This document shows, piece by piece, positions 1-8,547 of a DNA stretch of 64,000 bases. Location of the stretch: assembly GCA_938015485.1 (NCBI GenBank), contig CALLVU010000128.1, forward strand, positions 4,427-68,426. Reading direction: 5' to 3'. The notes under the pieces were generated by a model. It saw only the letters and a list, made by a program, of their open reading frames with translations, made no database searches and was not told the DNA's origin. A program made the position numbers and the translations under genes. The DNA comes from an uncultured Lachnoanaerobaculum sp. (GTDB lineage Bacteria; Bacillota; Clostridia; Lachnospirales; Lachnospiraceae). Numbering within the stretch: the stretch's first letter is position 1; each line of letters starts with the position of its first letter.

Positions 1-11
1 AGGTATGACCT

Positions 12-1127
12 TTGGATAACAAAGAGATGTCTATCACAAGTGATAGAGAGTATAAAAAGCTATTGTTGGAGTTAAAAGAGAAAGTAAGAAGTAGCCAACT
101 TAAAGCTGCAATAAAGGTAAATTATGAGTTGTTAGATTTATACTGGACTTTGGGAGAATATATTGTAAGAAATCAAGAGCAATATTCATGGGGAGATGCC
201 TTTATAAAATCGTTGGCTAAAGATTTACAAAAAGAGTTTCCAGATATGAAAGGTTTTTCTGAAACAAATATTAAGTATATCAGAAGATGGTATTCATTTT
301 ATATAAAAGGGCTACAAGGTGTAGCCGAATTAGAAAATAACGACAGCAATTCAAAAGGACTACAACCTGTAGCTCGATTTTATGAAAGAGTTATTAACCA
401 TATTAAACAGATACCGTGGGGACATAATCAAAGGATAATAAATAAGTGTAAAACCATTGATGAAGCCATATATTATGTTAATAAAACTATTGAAAACGGG
501 TGGAGCAGGAATGTACTCGTACATCAAATTGAAAGCGGATTATATGGCAGGGAAGGAAAATCTATAACAAACTTTGAAAAAAGGTTACCTGCTTTACAAT
601 CAGATCTGGCAAGACAGACGTTAAAAGATCCATATAATTTTGATTTCCTTACCATTCGTGAAGGATATGATGAAAGGGAACTTCAAAAAGAACTGGTTGA
701 CAAGATTTCTGATTTTTTACTTGAACTGGGTGAGGGATTTGCTTTCATAGGCAAAGAATATCACATAAATATAAATGGGGATGATTTTTATATTGATTTG
801 CTGTTTTACAATTTGAAACTCCATTCTTACATTGTTATAGAACTGAAAGCGGAGAAGTTTAAGCCGGAACATTTAGGACAGCTTAATTTCTATGTGACAG
901 CAGTGAATAGAGAACTAAAAACTGATAGAGATAATGCTACAATTGGACTTCTTATTTGCAAAGATAAAAACGATGTCGTTTGCGAATATTCATTAGAACA
1001 AATATCACAACCTATAGGTATAAGCCAATATGAGATTACTAAATTATTTGAAGCAGAATATAAGAGCAGTTTGCCGAGTATTGAAGAAATAGAGAAAAAG
1101 ATCAAAGAAATAGATACGGATAATTAA
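12..1127 (+). CDS. YhcG-like PDDEXK nuclease (DUF1016 family)
   Basis: 371-codon ORF (TTG at 12, first ATG at 27). N-terminal LYWTLGEYIV..WGDAFIKSLAKDLQKEFPDMKGFSETNIKYIRRWY and C-terminal DLLFYNLKLHSYIVIELKAEKFKPEHLGQLNFYV..TIGLLICKDKN match the YhcG/DUF1016 layout as I recall it. Confidence 0.75.
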   Translation: MDNKEMSITSDREYKKLLLELKEKVRSSQLKAAIKVNYELLDLYWTLGEYIVRNQEQYSWGDAFIKSLAKDLQKEFPDMKGFSETNIKYIRRWYSFYIKGLQGVAELENNDSNSKGLQPVARFYERVINHIKQIPWGHNQRIINKCKTIDEAIYYVNKTIENGWSRNVLVHQIESGLYGREGKSITNFEKRLPALQSDLARQTLKDPYNFDFLTIREGYDERELQKELVDKISDFLLELGEGFAFIGKEYHININGDDFYIDLLFYNLKLHSYIVIELKAEKFKPEHLGQLNFYVTAVNRELKTDRDNATIGLLICKDKNDVVCEYSLEQISQPIGISQYEITKLFEAEYKSSLPSIEEIEKKIKEIDTDN

Positions 1128-1152
1128 AAACGAAGAAAAAGAGAACAGCAGA

Positions 1153-1275
1153 ATGAAAGCCGTACTTAAAGTAAAAAGAAAGTTCGGAAATAATGCCATA
1201 TTTAAAGGATTGAATCTAAAGGATGAAGTCACTGCACTTGACAGAAACAGGCAGATAGGCGGGCATAAGGAATAA
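1153..1275 (+). pseudogene. Short remnant resembling the N-terminus of an ABC-transporter ATPase
   Basis: 40-codon ORF MKAVLKVKRKFGNNAIFKGLNLKDEVTALDRNRQIGGHKE. It resembles the stretch preceding Walker A in ABC ATPases but stops before any P-loop. Weak call. Confidence 0.25.
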
Positions 1276-1357
1276 AGTAGAGATATATTAAACCTGATTT
1301 CTGTCGTTTCTATCAAAACCGGGTACTCCGGATGTACAAGACCATAGAAAATTTATA

Positions 1358-1428
1358 TAGCCCACGCATTTATGTTACTGATAAGTTTAAGCATTACTTT
1401 TTCAGGACATAATTGCGTGGACTTTTTT
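1358..1428 (+). repeat. Conserved intergenic hairpin element, copy 1 (terminator-like)
   Basis: TAGCCCACGCATTTATGTTACTGATAAGTT...AATTGCGTGGAC followed by TTTTTT. Stem CCACGCA/TGCGTGG. Shares the 5' arm and the loop motif TATGTTAYYGATAAGTT with copies at 1921, 6012 and 8548. Confidence 0.55.
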
Positions 1429-1702
1429 GTTGGAGCGAAGAACGTGTATGAGGATATAGAAAATATAGAGAAAATTATCCTGAATGTAAGGGTAGTTATT
1501 TAGTAATGCGATAAAATTTCTTATTAGTCTTTTATAAATATAGTAAACAAATAAAATTTTGCACTATGAAGTTTAGTACAATAAAATATATAAACATATA
1601 TAAAATATTACAAAATACTGAGGTGATTATTTAATTATATCGTTACAAGATATTAAGAACAGATAAAATAATAAAAAAAATATAAGTATACCGTATACAT
1701 TG

Positions 1703-1731
1703 TTGGAATTATACAAGATAAGTAATATAAT
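1703..1731 (+). promoter_or_regulatory. Sigma-70-type promoter (diverged copy of the esxA promoter)
   Basis: TTGGAA, 17 nt, TATAAT. It occupies the same relative position as the esxA promoter at 5643..5671, upstream of RBS AAGGAGG and the ATG at 1771. Confidence 0.5.
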
Positions 1732-1770
1732 ATAATTGTTCCCAAAATAAAACACAAGGAGGACTCTTCT

Positions 1771-1908
1771 ATGGCAGCACAGTTTGAGTCATTACAGCCT
1801 TCATTCAATCAAATGGATCAGTTGATACTGGACATAGCAAAGCAGTGTGATGACGTGGCAGATGCAACTCAGGCATTAGATGAAGAGATTGCAAGCAAGT
1901 TTAAGTAG
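1771..1908 (+). pseudogene. esxA derivative with a 153-nt in-frame internal deletion (45 codons, WXG hairpin lost)
   Basis: MAAQFESLQPSFNQMDQLILDIAKQCDDVADATQALDEEIASKFK. This is codons 1-2 joined to codons 54-96 of esxA (5709..5999). The retained part and the downstream sequence are near-identical to the full copy. Confidence 0.85.
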
Positions 1909-1920
1909 AAGTTAGTTTTG

Positions 1921-1992
1921 TAGCCCATGTATTTATGTTATCGATAAGTTATTATTTAGTTTATTAAGATATATGAATACATGGGCATTTTT
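1921..1992 (+). repeat. Conserved intergenic hairpin element, copy 2 (terminator-like)
   Basis: 11-bp perfect stem GCCCATGTATT (1923..1933) / AATACATGGGC (1976..1986), conserved loop, then ATTTTT. Confidence 0.6.
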
Positions 1993-2009
1993 GAATTTAA
2001 AGGTATAAA

Positions 2010-2756
2010 ATGCAAAATAGAAGACTGAGTAAGAATGAACAAGGAATAATAGGTATTATTGCAGTAATAGCTTTTGTGGTTGGACTGGTATTCCTTAGAG
2101 ATATGCTGGTAAAAAGGGGAGTGAGCATTACTATGTTAACAGAGTTAGATTATATAAATGCAGCAGAGTATTACATGCAGAAAAAATACGGAGAGAAGTT
2201 TGAAGGAGAGTATGTATATGAAGGTAGCGTGTATGTACATCCAAAGTCAAAACCGGAGTGGCATGTGGTAGTGGACTTTGAGAGTGAGGGAGGTATGACA
2301 TCTTTTCATGATAATTATGTAGGATACCTAAAGAAAGAAGAGCTTGAGAAGTATATTTATGAGCTGATAAAACCTATATATGGGGAGTGTAAGGTTTACA
2401 TACATCCATATGGTTTTGCACTTGATGACAGCTGGAACAAAGGTGTAGACATGAGAACATATGAAAGTATTGGAATGTATAATGCATACATATTCACGTC
2501 TAAACAAGGAGAAAGTATAGAGGAAGATTTTAAAAGAACATGTGAAAATTTTATAAATAAAGACTTACATGTAGGTGATCTATCAGTTACATATATAAAA
2601 AAAGAAGAGTTTGATAAATTTGAAGAAAGCTTGATAGACTACACATTTAATAAACTTAAGTTTTACTATAGAATCTCGAGTGTATACAGTAAGGTGGATA
2701 AGATAGGATTTGGTGATGTAGATATTTTGGAAGGAGATAAGAATTATGGCAAGTAA
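2010..2756 (+). CDS. Membrane-anchored protein of unknown function (candidate immunity factor for the adjacent lipase-fold protein)
   Basis: 248-aa ORF with a single N-terminal TM helix (IIGIIAVIAFVVGLVFL) after a basic N-terminus. No recognisable domain. Its 3' end overlaps the start of the next gene by 11 nt. Confidence 0.6.
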   Translation: MQNRRLSKNEQGIIGIIAVIAFVVGLVFLRDMLVKRGVSITMLTELDYINAAEYYMQKKYGEKFEGEYVYEGSVYVHPKSKPEWHVVVDFESEGGMTSFHDNYVGYLKKEELEKYIYELIKPIYGECKVYIHPYGFALDDSWNKGVDMRTYESIGMYNAYIFTSKQGESIEEDFKRTCENFINKDLHVGDLSVTYIKKEEFDKFEESLIDYTFNKLKFYYRISSVYSKVDKIGFGDVDILEGDKNYGK

Positions 2757-4503
2757 TAGGCCTACAGATGATGAGCTACAAGAGAAGGCACTATATGATA
2801 TTATTCAATATCTACCATTGGATAAATTAGATATAAGTGAGTTTAAAAACATAAATGATATAGTTAGATTAGCTAAAAACAAGGAAAAGTTACTAGGTAA
2901 AATTGAAAGTAAGCTAGATGAAGAGGGCAAGTCAGATAAAAAAGCCATAGAAGAAAATCTCCCGGCAATAGAGGCAATCTTAAAAGACAGACCTGAACTT
3001 GGTGAAGCCAGAATATCAAATATGAGCTGGAAGGATAATGATGGTGACAGGAAAAAAGATCACAATCCAAAAGGAATGCAAGCTTGTACATTTGAAAGAG
3101 ATGATCAGGTATATATATCATTTAGAGGGACGCCGGCCAGATCATGGATTGATAATGCAAAAGCGTTTGTTGAGGATTTGTATACAGCAGTAGGTATAGC
3201 CAGGACAGAGATAAAAGTGGATACAGAGTTAAAAAGATACACATCTCCAATGCAGGAAGAAGCATTGGATTATATGGAATCATTAAAAAAGAGTGGAGTT
3301 TTTGAAAAATATGGCAATGTGTATGTGACCGGACATTCAAAAGGTGGCAACGAGGCTACACTGGTAACAATGGTATATTCGGATGTGATAGACAGATGTA
3401 TAAGCGGAGACGGTCAAGGCTTTTCACCTGAGTTTGTAAGATATATGAAAAAGACTCTTGGACCGGAGAAATTTGCTGAGATTCAAGATAAGATGTATGG
3501 ATTTCATGCCAACAATGACTATGTAAATGTTTTGGGAGTATCTGTCATAAAAGATGAAAATAAAATATATTTTATACCGGAGATAAAACTGGAAAGCGTT
3601 ATAGACTTATTGTGGAACCACCTGCCTACTGCAATGGTAAATGTAAAAACCGGAAAGATAGCACAGGTATCTGAGCAAGGTGCATTGGGAAAGTTTGTAG
3701 CAAAAGTAAGTGAGAAGCTTATGAAATTAAATCAAAAAGACAGGGAAGATGCAGCGATTACAGGTATGTCACCTCTACAGTATTTATATGCACATGAGTC
3801 GGTAACGTCAGTTAATCCGAATTTTTTGATAAATTGGTGTGAAACATTTATGGATAAGGCGGATGTTGTTGAAAGCTTTGGAAACGGTATTACGATATTA
3901 GGTAATATAATCGGTGAGACGTTAACTGAAAAAGAGGGAGAAGATTTCGTAAGATATATAGTGGATGAATTTGGTGATAAAAATATATGGATAAAAGACT
4001 TAGGAAAGGCATATGACAGTCTTGACTATGGAGATAAAGCTCCTGAATTAATAAAAAAGTTTATTTCGGACAGAGTAGATGAGATACAGGGATGGATAAA
4101 AGATAGCTTTGATAGATATTGGAAGGCGTATGATAAGTATAGTGAGTCGGATTTATATGAAAAAAGAGAAATAGAAGAATATAATAAATGTAAAGCATAC
4201 GGCACCTCCGACCTTGGAACAGTAGCAATAAACTATTCCAAAACAAAAGAACTTGTGAATATACTTGATGAAATGAATGACTTGGTTGAGGGTAGGATAC
4301 TGCCTGAAATGGAAGATATTGCAGACAGTTTGAGGAGACTGAGTTTTTGGAAAGTAAATGTTAGAGACTGGACGGATATAAAGGACTCTATAGAAAAGAA
4401 CAATAATACAAGAAAAATATTCAAAGAAAGAGTCATAAACTACTACAATTCGTGCGAGATTATGGAGGCTAAGTTTGTAGCCGGTATGTATGGAGGAAAG
4501 TGA
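2746..4503 (+). CDS. Alpha/beta-hydrolase (DUF2974/Mbeg1-like, lipase class-3 fold) with helical C-terminal domain; candidate T7SS effector
   Basis: 585 aa. ACTFERDDQVYISFRGT, YVTGHSKGGNEATLV (GxSxG nucleophile elbow), later NNDYV and WNHLP as possible Asp/His. No signal peptide. The last ~180 aa are charged and helix-like. Confidence 0.7.
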   Translation: MASNRPTDDELQEKALYDIIQYLPLDKLDISEFKNINDIVRLAKNKEKLLGKIESKLDEEGKSDKKAIEENLPAIEAILKDRPELGEARISNMSWKDNDGDRKKDHNPKGMQACTFERDDQVYISFRGTPARSWIDNAKAFVEDLYTAVGIARTEIKVDTELKRYTSPMQEEALDYMESLKKSGVFEKYGNVYVTGHSKGGNEATLVTMVYSDVIDRCISGDGQGFSPEFVRYMKKTLGPEKFAEIQDKMYGFHANNDYVNVLGVSVIKDENKIYFIPEIKLESVIDLLWNHLPTAMVNVKTGKIAQVSEQGALGKFVAKVSEKLMKLNQKDREDAAITGMSPLQYLYAHESVTSVNPNFLINWCETFMDKADVVESFGNGITILGNIIGETLTEKEGEDFVRYIVDEFGDKNIWIKDLGKAYDSLDYGDKAPELIKKFISDRVDEIQGWIKDSFDRYWKAYDKYSESDLYEKREIEEYNKCKAYGTSDLGTVAINYSKTKELVNILDEMNDLVEGRILPEMEDIADSLRRLSFWKVNVRDWTDIKDSIEKNNNTRKIFKERVINYYNSCEIMEAKFVAGMYGGK

Positions 4504-4504
4504 T

Positions 4505-4834
4505 ATGGCATGCAGATGTAATGATATAGCTGCTGCGGAGCATGATAGGGAAGTGTTGCGTGATATGCTGGACAGAATATGTGATACTGAGAATCGTTAC
4601 AATGAAATCAGAAACAGGTATGGAGATATAATAAATACCGTGGGTATGGCAATCTTCTTATTAGAAGATGAGTACAACAGCGCTAAACAAAGAATCGAGA
4701 ATACGGTTGCTGTGCAAGAGGATGATATAAGAAAATATAAGAGTCATGTAAATAACAGTTTATCAAATCTTGAAAATAAGATATCGAGAATGGAAAGAGA
4801 AGATGAATGGTTCCATGCACATGATGATGATTAA
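4505..4834 (+). CDS. Small alpha-helical protein, candidate effector helper/chaperone
   Basis: ATG at 4505, 7 nt after GGAGGA; the track's ATG at 4490 lies inside the previous gene. ~109 aa, coiled-coil-like, immediately downstream of the lipase-fold gene. Confidence 0.6.
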   Translation: MACRCNDIAAAEHDREVLRDMLDRICDTENRYNEIRNRYGDIINTVGMAIFLLEDEYNSAKQRIENTVAVQEDDIRKYKSHVNNSLSNLENKISRMEREDEWFHAHDDD

Positions 4835-4845
4835 GGAGGATTAAG

Positions 4846-5151
4846 TTGGGTAAGACACAGATAGTATGGAAATACTCCAATATAGAATTGTTACTTAATA
4901 TTATAGAGAATGCCAACAATGATATAGAAGAGCTGATGTCTGAGATAAGAGAGCAGAATAGAGTATTAAGTGAGAGTATGTCAGGTTCAAGTAAAGAATC
5001 ATTTGAAAGCAGTTATCTAAAACTACATAGTCATATGATAAAGCTAAGGATTGACTTGGAAGATCTTGTTGCAAAGGGAAGAGATGCCGTAAGACTGACA
5101 AAGGAACAGGATGAAAAAATATCGGGAAAGATAGGTAAAAGAAAGGGTTAG
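4846..5151 (+). CDS. Small WXG100-like helical protein (degenerate motif)
   Basis: TTG start 6-7 nt after AAGGAGG. 101 aa. A central SGSSKESFE sits where WXG100 proteins carry WxG..a..F. Confidence 0.5.
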   Translation: MGKTQIVWKYSNIELLLNIIENANNDIEELMSEIREQNRVLSESMSGSSKESFESSYLKLHSHMIKLRIDLEDLVAKGRDAVRLTKEQDEKISGKIGKRKG

Positions 5152-5153
5152 TT

Positions 5154-5465
5154 ATGGATAACAAAGAAACAGACCTCTATCTAAAAAACGAATTGATATA
5201 TGATACTGTAACAAAATATGTTGAGAATCTTAAAAAGGTAGAAAAACAAGTAAAGTATATATCTACAAGGATGAAATCCACAAGTATAAGTGAGTGGGGA
5301 GGTTCGGGTAGAACCGGATTTGAAGAATCGCTTAACAAATGGGTTGTTCAGGCCGGTGAAGTGGAAAAAGAGATAGATGCACATAAGAATATAATAGATG
5401 AATTGCTAAAAAGTTCAGCAAGTCTATTTAAGGGTGAAAAAGATATAACTGATAATATTGAATAG
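5154..5465 (+). CDS. WXG100-like protein
   Basis: 103 aa. Central EWGGSGRTGFEESLNKW gives a WxG motif between two predicted helices. Confidence 0.65.
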   Translation: MDNKETDLYLKNELIYDTVTKYVENLKKVEKQVKYISTRMKSTSISEWGGSGRTGFEESLNKWVVQAGEVEKEIDAHKNIIDELLKSSASLFKGEKDITDNIE

Positions 5466-5642
5466 AATGATAATTTTGGGAGGGCATATGAACAAAATTT
5501 TGCGCTATGAAGTTTAGCACAATAAAATATACAAACATATATTAAATATTACAAAATACTGAAGCAATTATTTATTTATACTTCTATAAAATATTAAAAC
5601 ATGTAAAATAATAAAAAATATAGAATTATAATGTACATACTA

Positions 5643-5671
5643 TTGAAAATGCACAAAGCAAGTGATATAAT
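5643..5671 (+). promoter_or_regulatory. esxA promoter (sigma-70 type, extended -10)
   Basis: TTGAAA (5643..5648), 17 nt, TATAAT (5666..5671) preceded by TGA. RBS AAGGAGG lies ahead of the ATG at 5709. Confidence 0.55.
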
Positions 5672-5708
5672 ACAATTGTTCTAAAAAAAACACAAGGAGG
5701 ACACTTCT

Positions 5709-5999
5709 ATGGCAGGACAGATTAGGATTACACCTGAACAGATGCATGCAAGAGCAGGTGAGTTTAGAAATGCGGAGTCGGAGTACTCAAGAGTAATTAG
5801 TACTATGAGAAATCTGATAAACACATTGCAGGGTGAATGGGAAGGTGCGGCAAGTGAGAGCTTTGCAGCACAGTTTGAGTCATTACAGCCTTCATTCAAT
5901 CAAATGGATCAGTTGATACTGGACATAGCAAAGCAGTGTGATGACGTGGCAGATGCAACTCAGGCATTAGATGAAGAGATTGCAAGCAAGTTTAAGTAG
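5709..5999 (+). CDS. esxA: WXG100 family type VII secretion target EsxA
   Basis: 96 aa. MAGQIRITPEQM...LQGEWEGAASESFAAQFE is a canonical WXG100 helix-WxG-helix. Strong RBS and promoter. Confidence 0.95.
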   Translation: MAGQIRITPEQMHARAGEFRNAESEYSRVISTMRNLINTLQGEWEGAASESFAAQFESLQPSFNQMDQLILDIAKQCDDVADATQALDEEIASKFK

Positions 6000-6011
6000 A
6001 AGTTAGTTTTG

Positions 6012-6083
6012 TAGCCCATGTATTTATGTTATCGATAAGTTATTATTTAGTTTATTAAGATATATGAATACATGGGCATTTTT
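6012..6083 (+). repeat. Conserved intergenic hairpin element, copy 3 (terminator-like, after esxA)
   Basis: Identical to copy 2. Stem 6014..6024 / 6067..6077, then a T-run. Confidence 0.6.
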
Positions 6084-6100
6084 GAATTTAAAGGTAAAAA

Positions 6101-6400
6101 ATGCAAAATAGAAAACTGAGTAAGAATGAACGATGAAGTAGGGTTGAAGGATGGATATAGTATTAACAAATGCATTGCTATAATATTAGCCGGAAGGATA
6201 ATGATGGTGACAAAAAACAAGATCACAATCCGGAGGGAATACAAGCTTGTACATTTGAAAGAGATGATCAGATATATATCATTTAGAGGAACGCCAAGAA
6301 AATCATAGCGAGATTATGGAGGCTAAGTTTGTAGCCGGTATGTATGGAGGAAAGTGATACGGCATGCAGATGTGATGATATAACTGATAATATTTAATAG
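6101..6400 (+). pseudogene. Mosaic scar of a deleted TM-protein/lipase/helper module
   Basis: 6101..6131 matches the start of 2010..2756. About 6190..6300 matches 3031..3135 of the lipase-fold gene (about 88% by eye). About 6305..6375 matches 4452..4525. About 6378..6400 matches 5444..5465. The track ORF 6126..6308 is a chimera of these fragments. Confidence 0.8.
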
Positions 6401-6422
6401 AATGATAATTTTAGGAGGGCAT

Positions 6423-8531
6423 ATGAACAAAATTTTAAAGTCGACAAAGTTGATAGTGGTAGCTTTAAGCATATGTATGCTGTGTAGCGGTATAGTTCTC
6501 GGATCTATTTCCAATACAGAGATTCCACAAAATATTAATACAGCTAATAATTATCAGACTATTGAAAATGACAAGTCATATAAAGTGGTGTCCACTAAAG
6601 ATATAGCTGTAGTGAACTTGGATGACGGAGTAAAGGTAAAAGGAAAGAAAGCATACTATGCCGGGAAGATAATAACACTTCCGAATGAACATTTTAACAT
6701 GACGGGATTGGATGATGCCAGAAACGGATTAAAATCAGGAAAGTATGGTGCATACATAGTAATACCTGCCACATTTTCAAAAGCGGTGGAGAGTATAAAC
6801 AATGATCCACAAAAAGCCACAATAAAATACACGGTTAATGCGGATAATAATGACGCATCACTTGCAAGTATTGTGAATGATATAAATTCATTTGCATCTG
6901 TTGTAAGTGAAAATATAACATTTATATATGTGAGTGCAATATTGGAAGAGTATCACAGAGCTCAGGACAATACAAAGGTAATACTAAAAAATGACAGTAT
7001 AGACCTTGACAATATAAACAGCATATCGCCTGAAAGTTTATTGGGCAGATATGAGAATGTTAAAGAAAATAATATAGATTTTAAGTCTACAGATATAGAT
7101 TTGGATAAATATAATATAGAAAATGAAAATATAGTTGATTCGTTTTCAAGGGAACTAAGGGAAGCCAAGGAAGAAAATGAAAGAAACTTTGATAATATAA
7201 AGAGAGAAGGGGAAGAAGTAAGAACAGGTGCAGACAGGTTTGGGAGATTTTTTGAAAGCCTTACACCACTGAAGGATGCTTCGGGAAACAGTGTATACTC
7301 AAACGGATTTACAAATATTGAAAGACTTTTAAGCGGTCATAATGACAGGTTAAATTCGTCTTTTAATATGTTTGATGAGATATTTAAGAGACAGAATGAA
7401 CAGACAAAGAATGTCTTGCAGGAAGAGGCGAATGTGCATCTTGCATCAGAGTCAAACGCACTACGTAGTCGAATTAATCTCGAAATAGGCGGTATCATAG
7501 AAAACAGCTACAGAAGAATATTTGAAGAGGAGTATCAAAATATACAAAGAAGCGGTATGGAGCTTATGAGGAGATATATAGAAAATGTGATAAGGCATGA
7601 ACTTGTTATGGATACAGAGGAGAGAGGTTATCTTCTGTCAAGGCTTGCTACAGCTTCAGATGCAATCATGCGTGAAGATATAAATACGGCAACAATGTCC
7701 AATGCGGTAAGTAGAATGCGTGATAATATTGTGCCTACATTTAATGTAACGATGAATCCTTTTGTCGGGTCAAATACATACTTGACAGGACTCAATACGG
7801 CAGCTGATGCGGATTTTAATACAATAAAAACGACATTAAATTTCCCGATAGAGGAACTGAATGAAGTTTTTAGGAATGATATAGAAGATGTTATAGATAA
7901 CTCGGTATCAAGTCTGGCAGCAGAGGTAAATGATAAATCAGGGGAGTTTAACGAGGTGCAAAGAAGATATATGGATTTGCTGGATGACTACAATCCATAT
8001 GCACATCTTAATGACAGCTATATGTCAAGAGCTGCAAATGAACTGGAGAGAAGTGCAAACATCGCATTTTCAGAGTTTAGAGATAAACAGACGGACGATG
8101 AGAAGCAAGTCTATGACATCATGAGATTAAGCGATGAGAATATCAGACTGTATGATGAAAGTATAGGTAAAGCTTACGACACTACAATGAAGAACGTAGT
8201 AGACGTGGTAAACGCACTTAGAAGTAAAAAGGAAGACACAAAGTCAAAGAACAGTGAGCTTATGAGTGATTTTTCAGATAAGCTTTCATATACAAGACTT
8301 GGAAGTATAGGAAATAAAGATGCGTATGACTTTATATCAAGTCCTGTAGAGATATCACCTAATGACGACAGCAATATAGAAGTACAAAGTGACTATATGT
8401 ACAATATGCCGTCAAAGAAGAAAAGCATCTTAGATAATAAATATACAAAAGGTGCTATATCTGTCGGAACGATAAGCTTTATTATATTGATGGCACTGGT
8501 GATAAATTCTTTATTTAAAAAGTTGGTTTAA
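6423..8531 (+). CDS. esaA: Type VII secretion protein EsaA (YueB/YhgE-Pip-like)
   Basis: ATG at 6423 follows GGAGGG. N-terminal TM, KYGAYIVIPATFSKAVESINNDPQKATIKYTVNADNN (EsaA/YhgE signature as I recall), long helical ectodomain, C-terminal TM. Sits directly after esxA. Confidence 0.8.
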   Translation: MNKILKSTKLIVVALSICMLCSGIVLGSISNTEIPQNINTANNYQTIENDKSYKVVSTKDIAVVNLDDGVKVKGKKAYYAGKIITLPNEHFNMTGLDDARNGLKSGKYGAYIVIPATFSKAVESINNDPQKATIKYTVNADNNDASLASIVNDINSFASVVSENITFIYVSAILEEYHRAQDNTKVILKNDSIDLDNINSISPESLLGRYENVKENNIDFKSTDIDLDKYNIENENIVDSFSRELREAKEENERNFDNIKREGEEVRTGADRFGRFFESLTPLKDASGNSVYSNGFTNIERLLSGHNDRLNSSFNMFDEIFKRQNEQTKNVLQEEANVHLASESNALRSRINLEIGGIIENSYRRIFEEEYQNIQRSGMELMRRYIENVIRHELVMDTEERGYLLSRLATASDAIMREDINTATMSNAVSRMRDNIVPTFNVTMNPFVGSNTYLTGLNTAADADFNTIKTTLNFPIEELNEVFRNDIEDVIDNSVSSLAAEVNDKSGEFNEVQRRYMDLLDDYNPYAHLNDSYMSRAANELERSANIAFSEFRDKQTDDEKQVYDIMRLSDENIRLYDESIGKAYDTTMKNVVDVVNALRSKKEDTKSKNSELMSDFSDKLSYTRLGSIGNKDAYDFISSPVEISPNDDSNIEVQSDYMYNMPSKKKSILDNKYTKGAISVGTISFIILMALVINSLFKKLV

Positions 8532-8547
8532 GTAAGTAAAGATTCTA

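Noticed and set aside
6126-6308. 60-aa ORF in the track downstream of esxA.
   Set aside because: It is a chimera that reads across deletion junctions of the decayed lipase module, partly out of frame relative to the parent gene.
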